Positions 55,552 through 64,000 of a DNA stretch of 64,000 nt are shown one piece after another. The position numbers and the translations under genes were made by a program. How positions within the stretch are numbered: position 1 is the first letter of the stretch; every line of letters starts with the position of its first letter. The DNA is from a virus: positions 64,001 to 128,000 of IMG/VR virus record IMGVR_UViG_3300001533_002283; one strand, written 5' to 3'. The notes under the pieces were generated by a model, which made no database searches, was not told the origin of the DNA, and saw nothing but the letters and a program-made list of their open reading frames with translations.

Positions 55552-56739
55552 ATGAACACCTTAGAATCTTTTTCGCTTTCAACAAATCTCGCGCCCGCCA
55601 CCCCCCACCTTCAACGGGATTATTTCCCCCTAGACATCGACTTGTCCCGCGCTGTTTTAATCCTCAACACTTTTGAAGATCAGAGAAAAACCGCACGAGT
55701 CTATGATTACTTTCAAGACGTGATTGATTTTAGTGCGAACGAATTGGCAAAACACGGGTATTTTTTCTTTCAGCCTTTAACAGGGCGCGAGCCGGTTCTA
55801 CGTTGCGCAAATTCAACCTTCAATTTAACACCCAACCAAGTCGCTTACCTAATTGACGGTTGTGCCGCTGTAATCTCTAACGATGGGGTTTATTCTCATG
55901 TGGCAAATGAAGCTGGGGTTAAATGCCTCACCTTATTTGGTTCAAGCTCCCCTTCTGCCCACACTCCGAAATTTCACCCTGACATCTTTACCCCCATTAG
56001 AGAATCTAATAGTGCGCCTAGTTATCGCTCAAACGAATCTCCAAAGCAAGTAAACGAGAACAGGGTAGAAACCATAATTAAATCTCTCTTCTCCTTACTC
56101 TCACTTAAATGTCATTTACCACTCAAAACCGTCTATATGGGGCAGCATTATGGTCTTAAATTCTTAGAGGTGATCCCCGATTGCGTGTTAAGTCCAGATA
56201 ATTTTAAATCCGATTTGGTTACATTTCGTATGGATTATCTTCACGACGAGAGTGTGCTTTTTGCTAATCTTCAATATCGGAAGTGCAACATTATTGTTAA
56301 AAATCCCCTGGATTTAGATAAACTAAAAGTGTTTAAAACCAACATTGTTAATTTTAATTACGAGATTGATAAAAATGTTGATTTAAGTTACGTGAAAAAA
56401 CTAATCAAGACCGGTATAAAAGTCACCTTTTTCTCTGACGAGAAGGACGCCGATTTGTCGCTCGCCCGAATGAAAATGCTTGACGTTGGGATAGTTGAAT
56501 CGCTGGAAAAACCGGGAGTGGTTCCCGAGGTGTTGGCAAAAATCACGGAGGATACTCACTATCGTTCCAATAAATTCACCCTTTCTGACGGAAAGATTTA
56601 CTCGTCTTACAGTGCATATCTCAACAAAACCCCTATCCCTAGCTTTAATCACAACGTTGTTAAATTCAACAAAGATGACCCGCTTTTATGGGAAGATTTG
56701 CGATTCTCTTTCCTTTTTGATTTGACAAAGACAGGTTAA
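55552..56739 (+). CDS. GT9-like C-half plus unknown domain
   Basis: YDYFQDV, Q.AYLI......ISND....HVA...G.....LFG.S.P. Confidence 0.65.
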   Translation: MNTLESFSLSTNLAPATPHLQRDYFPLDIDLSRAVLILNTFEDQRKTARVYDYFQDVIDFSANELAKHGYFFFQPLTGREPVLRCANSTFNLTPNQVAYLIDGCAAVISNDGVYSHVANEAGVKCLTLFGSSSPSAHTPKFHPDIFTPIRESNSAPSYRSNESPKQVNENRVETIIKSLFSLLSLKCHLPLKTVYMGQHYGLKFLEVIPDCVLSPDNFKSDLVTFRMDYLHDESVLFANLQYRKCNIIVKNPLDLDKLKVFKTNIVNFNYEIDKNVDLSYVKKLIKTGIKVTFFSDEKDADLSLARMKMLDVGIVESLEKPGVVPEVLAKITEDTHYRSNKFTLSDGKIYSSYSAYLNKTPIPSFNHNVVKFNKDDPLLWEDLRFSFLFDLTKTG

Positions 56740-56750
56740 AAAGTCAAATT
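56722..56750 (+). promoter_or_regulatory. promoter TTGACA-N17-CAAATT
   Basis: Motif 9 nt before the ATG. Confidence 0.6.
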
Positions 56751-56759
56751 AACACCACT

Positions 56760-57593
56760 ATGGCACGACCTAAGAAAATTACCACTGAAACCTCACCCGT
56801 TACTGCTCCCGACCCGCTCCGTCCGGGCATGAAACTAGTTGAGCGAGATTCCTACGGATTACTCAAAAATACTGAATACGTCTTTGACGACAACGGAAAT
56901 GTAAATTGGCGCAAGATGGTGCCGGTAGAGTTTCTTTATGTAAATGGGGATGCTCGGCGAAAGGAAATGATTGAGCGGAAGTATAAAAAGAGTGTTAAGG
57001 AAATTGACGTTGTAGCTGATAATGTTGAAGACCGTGATTTAGTTATTACCTTGGCGGGCCTCAAACACCTGTTACGTTTACGTGGTTATTCTAGTGTCTC
57101 GTTTCACACCAACGAGTCTAGCGAAACTTTTGCGAGTGTAAACTGTTATATTGACTTTCTACCTAATTTTGAAACAGAGGGTGTCGCCCAATCTTATTCT
57201 GAGAATGGTTCTGCTCACCTCCGCTCAACCGATGGTTTCATGCGGGCGTATCTGGTAGAAGCTGCCACAAATCGTGCGTTTGCCCGTTGTATCAGAAATT
57301 ACCTCAATATTAATATCGTTAGTCGCGAGGAACTTTTTGACGAGAGTAAGGCGGCGCAAATTGACGGGGGTAATTCCCCGCTCCTTACTAATGGCTCCCC
57401 CCAGTCTATTCTTGAAAAAAAGTGTTCGGAAGCGGGGTTTGGATTCAATGCGTTGAAACTTGCGGCGATTAAATATAAAGATAAACTTGGTAACGCCCCC
57501 GAACCTTGGACAAAATTCTCTGATATTCCCGCGCAGGATTGCTATGTTTTACTGGAAATGATTAAGACAAAGGACGATAAACCTAAGTCTTAA
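56760..57593 (+). CDS. putative single-strand annealing protein (Rad52/RecT-like)
   Basis: I.LAGLK.L, G.A, A.NRAF.RC.R..LNI....EE. Confidence 0.55.
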   Translation: MARPKKITTETSPVTAPDPLRPGMKLVERDSYGLLKNTEYVFDDNGNVNWRKMVPVEFLYVNGDARRKEMIERKYKKSVKEIDVVADNVEDRDLVITLAGLKHLLRLRGYSSVSFHTNESSETFASVNCYIDFLPNFETEGVAQSYSENGSAHLRSTDGFMRAYLVEAATNRAFARCIRNYLNINIVSREELFDESKAAQIDGGNSPLLTNGSPQSILEKKCSEAGFGFNALKLAAIKYKDKLGNAPEPWTKFSDIPAQDCYVLLEMIKTKDDKPKS

Positions 57594-58612
57594 GCCATCT
57601 CCCTCCAAGGGCACGTTCTAACTCGCAAGTGCCCCACAAACTCCCCTTCAGTCTCATGATATACGTTATACAGCGTATATTTTTTTTCGTCGCCACCTTT
57701 TTTCTTTTCCCAGATAACATGGTCAGCAGGGCAGTGAGGCAGAACGGCCATTTTAATTCCATTTGGATACCAACGATTCCAACCGATATAAAGGTCTTCG
57801 GTGCCGTGTCCTTCATATCCTTCAAAGTAGGCCAGTTCTAAAGCCTTGGCATTCATTAGCGTGCAGCCAAACCCCACCCAATCGGTAGGGATTAAACTGC
57901 CCTTACCAATACCCGGAAAAGCGTTTTCTAACCACCCTCTTCGCCTCCATTTTTTCGCGTTTAACGCAAATACGTTACCAAAAGGAGGGCAGTTTTTAAT
58001 TCTTTCTTTTATTCTTTTTAGCCTATTAATCTCTTTCTCGGTCTCTTTTTCTTTTAGTCTTTTTTCATTCTCTCTCATAAGAATTTTTAACCTCTCTGGC
58101 AAATTACGTTCTTCTGGCAAAAAATCTTCGCAAATTTGATTTTGGGGCGTCCCGCGCCCTCCAAGAAAAGCAGTATTTGGATATGGGCACATTGCCACAC
58201 TATAATACCCATCGTCAAAATTTATCGCATCAACCATTACTCGAAGAGCGTTTGCATGGGGCAGAGTATCACTATCTAGACTCCAACAGTATTTTGCATT
58301 TAATTTAATTGCTGCGGAGTGAGCGGTTTGCCGCATATCTGCAATGAGAAGTTGAGCTTTTTGTTTGTAGTTTTCCCCTCCTTCAACGAATGCGGGGTTT
58401 TTAATCAGGTGAATACGCCATCCTTCGGGAAAAATATCGGTCCAGTATTTAGCGACCGATTTCAACTCTTCCGACTCGTCTCCAACAATTACCACGTCAC
58501 CGCCCATTACCTTTGCGTTTTTAATACATGTCGCAACACGACGCCCCTGAGAGTGCATTGCGTAAGTATATGATTTTGTCGCACAAACAGAAATAACTAG
58601 ATTTTCTATCAT
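57590..58612 (-). CDS. GT-A fold glycosyltransferase
   Basis: WSLDSD (DxD), DWVGFGCTL, EDLY, H. Confidence 0.78.
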   Translation of the reverse strand: MIENLVISVCATKSYTYAMHSQGRRVATCIKNAKVMGGDVVIVGDESEELKSVAKYWTDIFPEGWRIHLIKNPAFVEGGENYKQKAQLLIADMRQTAHSAAIKLNAKYCWSLDSDTLPHANALRVMVDAINFDDGYYSVAMCPYPNTAFLGGRGTPQNQICEDFLPEERNLPERLKILMRENEKRLKEKETEKEINRLKRIKERIKNCPPFGNVFALNAKKWRRRGWLENAFPGIGKGSLIPTDWVGFGCTLMNAKALELAYFEGYEGHGTEDLYIGWNRWYPNGIKMAVLPHCPADHVIWEKKKGGDEKKYTLYNVYHETEGEFVGHLRVRTCPWREMA

Positions 58613-58617
58613 GTTTT

Positions 58618-58646
58618 ATGGTTTGAAATAATTCCGCTTTCGTCAA
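58618..58646 (-). promoter_or_regulatory. promoter TTGACG-N17-AACCAT
   Basis: Motif 5 nt before the ATG. Confidence 0.5.
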
Positions 58647-58652
58647 CCTTGA

Positions 58653-60617
58653 TTATGTTATCTCATAATTAACGTTCGTTTGAGTGAAATAAACTTGAGA
58701 CGCAACGAAATCAGTGTTTTCTCTTCTAACTTGATTAACGTTTAATAAAACTAGGGGTTTGTCTATTGCAAGTTCAATTTGATTAATGTTAGAATTTTGA
58801 GATTCAAAAGAAGAATAAAGTGAACTGGTTGAATCAGAAGATATTCTTGTGGCTCTTAACAATCCGTCAAAAAATAAGTAAGCCGTGAGAGATTGTGAAG
58901 CCGCCCCCATTCCTGCAAAACTATCGTTACCGAATCCAAGTGAGATTGATTTTCTGCTAGATTGAAAAGTTTCTCCGTTTGAGTCTGTTAGGGTAAAAAA
59001 TGAAGGTCTCTGAGAAGCAAATCTGATTATATTTGCCGATGTAATTGCCCCCGTCCCAGCAGAATTACCATCTGGAATTAACACATCGGTATAAAGCCTC
59101 GTTTCTGAACTTTCAAAGTTGGTAGTTGAACCGCCCGTTGCGCCAAATCCATTCGTTAAGGTGCTGGTTGAAGAAGATGAAGTATTAGATACCGTTCTAT
59201 TGTCCAACAAATTTAACCATTCAGAAAACGTGCCTCTTCTTTGGCCCGTAAAAAACACAACCCCGGTGCCGGTGCTTGTGTCGCTTTGAAAAAGCGCACT
59301 TGAAGAGAATGTTGTTGAATGGCCATATCTACCAGTAATTGATATTCTTTCCCTTGCCGCCGTCTGAGTTGTTTCCTGCGTTTGCGGATTTTGCCAGTTC
59401 AAAGTTCTATTAGAGCTAGTGTGAATGACGTTTGTTCCAGAATTAAAAACGGTTAATGAGGGTAGCTGGCTACTTGTTGTTTGTAGTGATATTCCAGAAG
59501 ATGAAACGGTAAATGTGTTTCTCTGTGGCGCAGTATCGCCAACAGTTGTAAAATTAACTGTGAATCTTGTGCTAGGATTTGTTAAAAAATCTGAACCAGA
59601 AAAAGACGTGAGAATAGGGAAAAGAACTTCTGCGTTTTCTGCTTCGTAAACCGTTGCATTTGCAAAAGATGCGCTTCTTAATATTCCCGTTGTGGCATAT
59701 TCAGTTGTTGTTACTGGCCTTTCTGAGAAAACGCTAGACACCCTAGTTAGAGTGGTTGTTTCGAAAACCAAGGAAAAACTTGTTGAGTAAGTTTGAGTTT
59801 CTGTTGTTGTAAGGCTTACGCTTGTTGCTTTTGTTCGGGTAGAAGTAGTAAAAGTATCCTCTCCATTCCATGTTTGACTGTTTGAAAGGGAAGAAGTTAT
59901 TGTTGATGCTGTTAAAAAAGAATCGGAAGCCGTTGTTTCGGTTGAACTACTTGAAAGAATAGAACCAGTGGTTGAATTATTAGTTTTAAAAGTGCGAGAT
60001 ATCGCAATTAGGGCGGTATTAAAAAAAGAGGAAAATGTTTCCGTTGTTGAAAAAAAAGAAGAGGTTCTTCCTGTTTTATCAAAATAAACGTAAAACTCTC
60101 TTTTTGTTAGTGCGCTGGCCTGCCTTGTTAAACTTTGGCTTTGCACCAATGCATTTGCTCTACCTAGTATATCCCCTCCACCAGCTTGAGAAATAGAACT
60201 GGAAGACGAACTAAATGCAGAGTATGATCCTATTTCTGTAAATAAAAAACCGAGAGAAGAGCTAGTTTGAGAAAATGTAGTGCCCTGTGACGGCAAGAAA
60301 ATTGTCTCACTTAAGGACTCTGAATCTGTTTGACCTGCAATATCGTGTGAAAAAAATCTTGAAATACTATAAGAACTATCACGAAAATTTGATAAAGACG
60401 TTGATGAAACGCTATTATTTCTTGATGTTGTTATAGTTAGCAAAAAGGCATTTGATTCGTTTCTTGTGTATGTGAAAGAGGCCCCAAAAGCAATCCCCGT
60501 AACGCCCGCGACAGAAGAGGTAAATGTTCCATCCGTTCGACTGCTTATAAATACAGAAGAAAGACTTCTTGGATGATTTTCGCTGTTATCCGTAAGTATT
60601 ACCCAAGAAATAGCCAT
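58653..60617 (-). CDS. Ser/Thr-rich putative virion protein
   Basis: 35 of the first 100 residues are S/T and the bias persists; lies in the structural-type gene block. Confidence 0.65.
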   Translation of the reverse strand: MAISWVILTDNSENHPRSLSSVFISSRTDGTFTSSVAGVTGIAFGASFTYTRNESNAFLLTITTSRNNSVSSTSLSNFRDSSYSISRFFSHDIAGQTDSESLSETIFLPSQGTTFSQTSSSLGFLFTEIGSYSAFSSSSSSISQAGGGDILGRANALVQSQSLTRQASALTKREFYVYFDKTGRTSSFFSTTETFSSFFNTALIAISRTFKTNNSTTGSILSSSSTETTASDSFLTASTITSSLSNSQTWNGEDTFTTSTRTKATSVSLTTTETQTYSTSFSLVFETTTLTRVSSVFSERPVTTTEYATTGILRSASFANATVYEAENAEVLFPILTSFSGSDFLTNPSTRFTVNFTTVGDTAPQRNTFTVSSSGISLQTTSSQLPSLTVFNSGTNVIHTSSNRTLNWQNPQTQETTQTAARERISITGRYGHSTTFSSSALFQSDTSTGTGVVFFTGQRRGTFSEWLNLLDNRTVSNTSSSSTSTLTNGFGATGGSTTNFESSETRLYTDVLIPDGNSAGTGAITSANIIRFASQRPSFFTLTDSNGETFQSSRKSISLGFGNDSFAGMGAASQSLTAYLFFDGLLRATRISSDSTSSLYSSFESQNSNINQIELAIDKPLVLLNVNQVRRENTDFVASQVYFTQTNVNYEIT

Positions 60618-60621
60618 AACA

Positions 60622-61098
60622 TTAAACGGTATTTACCTCGTATCCATACCAAGAAATGAAAGGTCTCTCTCCCGCTGGAACGGGTGAGGTTTTATCTGTT
60701 CTGAATAACTCCACCGGATTTGCCCATAAAGAACCACATCCAATAGCACGTTCTGCAACCCTATCCTCAATAACATGAGTAAATATTTTTAACAAAGTTG
60801 GTGGACCACCTTCCGTTGCGGTAAACGGAGCCGGAATAGACGTTTCTAAGGTAAAATTAACCGAGGTCGCAACTCCCGTTGCCAACGTAACATTTGCAAT
60901 TAAATACACCGTTCCACTTGCGGGCGCACTCAACCCAGTCAAAACGGGCACAATCCCATTGATTGTTCCGGTTGTTTGGTAAGAAACATCGCCCGTTCCC
61001 GAGTTTACAGATATTTCTAAAGGACAGCTAACCCCCGCATCCGCCTTAATTACGGTATTAGGAAAATTAAAATATTTACTTGCGTTATTGACAGCCAT
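60622..61098 (-). CDS. putative virion protein
   Basis: Beta-rich, GTING.VP motif. Confidence 0.55.
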   Translation of the reverse strand: MAVNNASKYFNFPNTVIKADAGVSCPLEISVNSGTGDVSYQTTGTINGIVPVLTGLSAPASGTVYLIANVTLATGVATSVNFTLETSIPAPFTATEGGPPTLLKIFTHVIEDRVAERAIGCGSLWANPVELFRTDKTSPVPAGERPFISWYGYEVNTV

Positions 61099-61118
61099 AG
61101 TGTTATATATTTCTTTTA

Positions 61119-62207
61119 TTATCCCACACTTAATACATAATTATACCCAGTATTAAATCCCGAATAGTTAATACTCAACAGCATTGCGCTCCCCGTAATG
61201 TTTCTTCCCACCCTATAATTATACCCGCTATTCCCCAAGGTGTTAAAATCAAATTGGTAGCCGGTAACACTTGGAACATAATCTATGTTGCTAAAACTAC
61301 TACCCGTTGGCAAGTTGGCAACAGCGGCGGAGAAAATACTGTTGAATGAGTTTGCGCCGGTGGTTCCCGAAAGATAAGAAATGGTGAGGCGCGCTGGTAG
61401 AGATTCGTTATATGGAGTCGCCCCCTTAAAGTTACTCCAAGAAAAAGAAGAGGAGCCGGTTGAAACTCCCGATAACGATAAAATTTCTGAGAAATCCAAG
61501 GTTTGAATTATTGGAAACTGAGTCTCCACATTCACCCTCTCATTAAACACCCCAAAATTACTATAGATGGTAAAATCATAGGGGGTAACATTATCTGAGA
61601 GTTCGGCTTGTGTTAACAACGTGTAGTTTCTAATCAAATCGAAGTTTCTCACGCCCGTAACATCACTAGTGTTATTAACAAAAGAGAACAAACCTGATTG
61701 CGAAACCCCGCTATAAACCCGGAATAAAACGGGTGGGTTTAAGTTCGTGACTGTTCCCGTGCCAGAACCTCCCGCGCCGGAAAAACGGAATGATGAGAAC
61801 TGATAGGAAGGGGGTTTACCGCTTAGGGTAAAATCCAAAGAGCAAGTGCAATTTATTGGCTCTACTCCTATTTTATCAATGTATGGGGAGAACTCTTCTG
61901 TTCCGCTCGTATTTAGAACATACAAATCATTATAATAATAATTTTGATTTTCACCACTACGAATTATTTTAATAGAGTTGATTTCGTTACGGTTTGCCCC
62001 TCCAATGTATTTGTTATTTAAACTTTCAAGAACTCTTCCGTTTGCAACAGATACACTGTTAATAAACTCTTGTGATCTTCCGAATAAGTAGAAATGACAT
62101 TGACTCCCACTAGTGTTATCTAGTGAAAATTTAAATTCATAACTTCCCACGTCATTTAAAGATTGAGAGGAAAAAGTTTTTTCAGTATATCCGGTGATTA
62201 ATTTCAT
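61119..62207 (-). CDS. putative virion protein rich in SG/TG dipeptides
   Basis: Beta-rich, low charge; 21 of 34 Gly are preceded by S/T. Confidence 0.65.
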   Translation of the reverse strand: MKLITGYTEKTFSSQSLNDVGSYEFKFSLDNTSGSQCHFYLFGRSQEFINSVSVANGRVLESLNNKYIGGANRNEINSIKIIRSGENQNYYYNDLYVLNTSGTEEFSPYIDKIGVEPINCTCSLDFTLSGKPPSYQFSSFRFSGAGGSGTGTVTNLNPPVLFRVYSGVSQSGLFSFVNNTSDVTGVRNFDLIRNYTLLTQAELSDNVTPYDFTIYSNFGVFNERVNVETQFPIIQTLDFSEILSLSGVSTGSSSFSWSNFKGATPYNESLPARLTISYLSGTTGANSFNSIFSAAVANLPTGSSFSNIDYVPSVTGYQFDFNTLGNSGYNYRVGRNITGSAMLLSINYSGFNTGYNYVLSVG

Positions 62208-62211
62208 GGTG

Positions 62212-64000
62212 TTAAAAATACCTTACGGCCCTTCCTCTTCTGATAATTATACTAGGAACTTGTCCCAACTCTTGTTTTTTCTTTGCGGGGTCGTAAAAAT
62301 AACGATAAAATACATCGCTATTTCTTACCCTCATTTTTTCATTCCCAAAACGGTAAGTAGTTTGCACGCCATTTGCGCCGATTGAAACGGAGAAGCCGAG
62401 GAGGCCGGTTCCTAGACTAAGTGATGGCCCCTCTAAATCAATATTAGGAATGGTTAAAGTGGAGGAGAAAAACGGTTCAATTTGACTGGTTTTTGTGCTC
62501 TCCAAAACGTCATTCGCGGCAGATGTGAAAGCTGCTTGGTTTGCGGAAGAGTTTTTATAATAATAAGCGGACGCCCCCAACACTTGTTCTTCCGATAAAA
62601 TTTCGGATGAAAAATCATAGTAGTTTACATTAGCGGTTTCAGGGGGGGAATAAGTGGTTAATTCCGTTTTGGCCGCAACCCCTCCTTCGTTAATTCTAAT
62701 ACCACCGGTTTGTTGTGCGGTGAAAGTAATTGGTTGTTCTGATGGGTAACTTACTGGCTGCAAAGACTCTCCCGAAGTAACCCCAAAATAAAATATAGGC
62801 TTTCTAACTTCATCCTCTATTCTAAAAAAATCTGTATCGTCGTCACTTCCTTCTATAATCACGTATTTACCTATGTCAAAAAGAAACTCTGTTTTTTGTG
62901 GATTCCACACTGGATCAATTTCCATTATCAAATAACCATTTGTTGGCGCATCCAAAGAACTTCCCGTGGGGGGAGTCCCTTCGTTAAGCTCAATAAATTC
63001 CCTTAGAGTCAAAGTGTCATAATCTTCAATAAACTGTTGCAATGGAGACAAATAATCTCTAAAAATATCAACATTTTTTAGCAAAATATATTCGTCATAA
63101 AATTTACCTTCTTGTCCGAAAATAGACTGAGCCCGCTCTAGGGTTGGTAATTTTTTCCAATAAAATCTCCCATAGAAGTTAGCATAAGCAGAATATATAT
63201 TATATAATTGTTCAATATTTCTATTTTTACTTCCTATCTTTGCCGCTCTCCATTTGTAATTAGTCCTGCTATCATAAAAAGCCGTTCCGTCTGTAATTCT
63301 GTCTCTTACCGTGTCATTAATTTCTTCTGTGTCAATGATGTCCTTCACCTCGCTATTCACTCCGGGCGTTTCTAAGGCAAGATTTAACAAAAGCTGGGGA
63401 ACTCCATAATAGGCATATTTTGCACGTTTATCAAAGAGGGTAGTTTCCTCACCTAGTTTATAACTAGGGTCCATTGAAAATCTTATTCTAATATTAGAAA
63501 ACAAATAATCAGTAGTGTCATCATTTACGTTCGGCACGTCTTGTAACACTTCCCCGTCTTTCCCAAAAAATACTTCAACGCCTTTGGTGTAAGTGTCGCG
63601 CAACGAATGTCCATAAGAATTAGACTGGATATTGTTGGCCAGTTTTACTGATTCCGCCAAGGCTTCTACCGCGCTTAGATTTGCGGGATTTCTTAGGTCA
63701 ATAAAATTAAGTTTACGATTTTCCCAGTAGAAACCCAACCCTAAATCATTACACCACGCAGACAACACCTCGCGCAATTTCCCCGCGTAATCTCGGCGGT
63801 ATCTTGTGGCGGGGGCATCCAAGGCAGGAACGATATTAATAAATGTTGAAATTTTTTCCAATAATTCTGGAAAAGTATAATCTACGTCCGTAACTTCTAA
63901 TAAGTTAGATGCTTCCGCGCCGGTTGGACTCTCCCCCGGAAGAATGGTGCCCACGACCCCTTCGGTGACAGCGGCGTTTCGCGCACGTTCAGTTCCAACG
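62212..64000 (-). CDS. putative tail/baseplate protein, 5' end outside the window
   Basis: Frame stays open to the window edge; G.LREVL..WC.D.G..FYW and FSVSI...G.QTTY.F resemble tail-hub folds. Confidence 0.55.
   Translation of the reverse strand, partial: VGTERARNAAVTEGVVGTILPGESPTGAEASNLLEVTDVDYTFPELLEKISTFINIVPALDAPATRYRRDYAGKLREVLSAWCNDLGLGFYWENRKLNFIDLRNPANLSAVEALAESVKLANNIQSNSYGHSLRDTYTKGVEVFFGKDGEVLQDVPNVNDDTTDYLFSNIRIRFSMDPSYKLGEETTLFDKRAKYAYYGVPQLLLNLALETPGVNSEVKDIIDTEEINDTVRDRITDGTAFYDSRTNYKWRAAKIGSKNRNIEQLYNIYSAYANFYGRFYWKKLPTLERAQSIFGQEGKFYDEYILLKNVDIFRDYLSPLQQFIEDYDTLTLREFIELNEGTPPTGSSLDAPTNGYLIMEIDPVWNPQKTEFLFDIGKYVIIEGSDDDTDFFRIEDEVRKPIFYFGVTSGESLQPVSYPSEQPITFTAQQTGGIRINEGGVAAKTELTTYSPPETANVNYYDFSSEILSEEQVLGASAYYYKNSSANQAAFTSAANDVLESTKTSQIEPFFSSTLTIPNIDLEGPSLSLGTGLLGFSVSIGANGVQTTYRFGNEKMRVRNSDVFYRYFYDPAKKKQELGQVPSIIIRRGRAVRYF

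Noticed and set aside
313-62385. Many short opposite-strand or nested ORFs in the track (e.g. 26231+, 34054+, 51673-, 52811-)
   Set aside because: They lie antisense to or within well-supported genes and show no motifs
1-64000. Genome-wide stop-codon reassignment (TAG or TGA)
   Set aside because: Conserved genes are full length in the standard code, and TAG and TGA end genes at tight junctions; only the isolated TAG at 46734 is ambiguous
1-64000. tRNA genes, integrase, reverse transcriptase/DGR
   Set aside because: No cloverleaf, recombinase or RT motifs recognised; intergenic gaps are short and explained by promoters and terminators

Overview
A 64-kb segment of a large, AT-rich tailed dsDNA phage genome with tightly packed genes. 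I found no tRNA, rRNA, CRISPR array or integrase. Bases 1-46.4k are on the minus strand. They carry a bacterial-type replisome (Pol III alpha split into separate PHP, DEDDh exonuclease and DnaE-core genes; DnaB; a DnaG-like primase with degenerate acidic motifs), RecA, an ATP-dependent ligase and nucleases. The same arm has three DNA methyltransferases, ThyX, GMP reductase, a class II RNR-ferredoxin-cobalamin adenosyltransferase module, five free-standing endonucleases and a glycan cluster (Gmd, ColD-like His-type PLP enzyme, RmlD-like reductase, GT2/GT4/GT9 glycosyltransferases, methyltransferases). A divergent promoter switch at about 46.4k, with a candidate ~100-nt sRNA, starts a plus-strand block: PolA-superfamily (TV-Pol-like) protein, NADAR, sigma-like factor, Tad1-like sponge, SSB, further glycosyltransferases and an annealing protein. 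The window ends in minus-strand putative virion genes rich in Ser/Thr and [S/T]-Gly. The best candidates for an undescribed system are (1) phage-encoded virion O-glycosylation with a 3,6-dideoxy sugar and a possible [S/T]-G acceptor motif, (2) self-provisioning of adenosylcobalamin for the RNR, and (3) possible replacement of DnaG priming by the TV-Pol-like enzyme. All family calls come from motif recognition by eye; no database searches were run.
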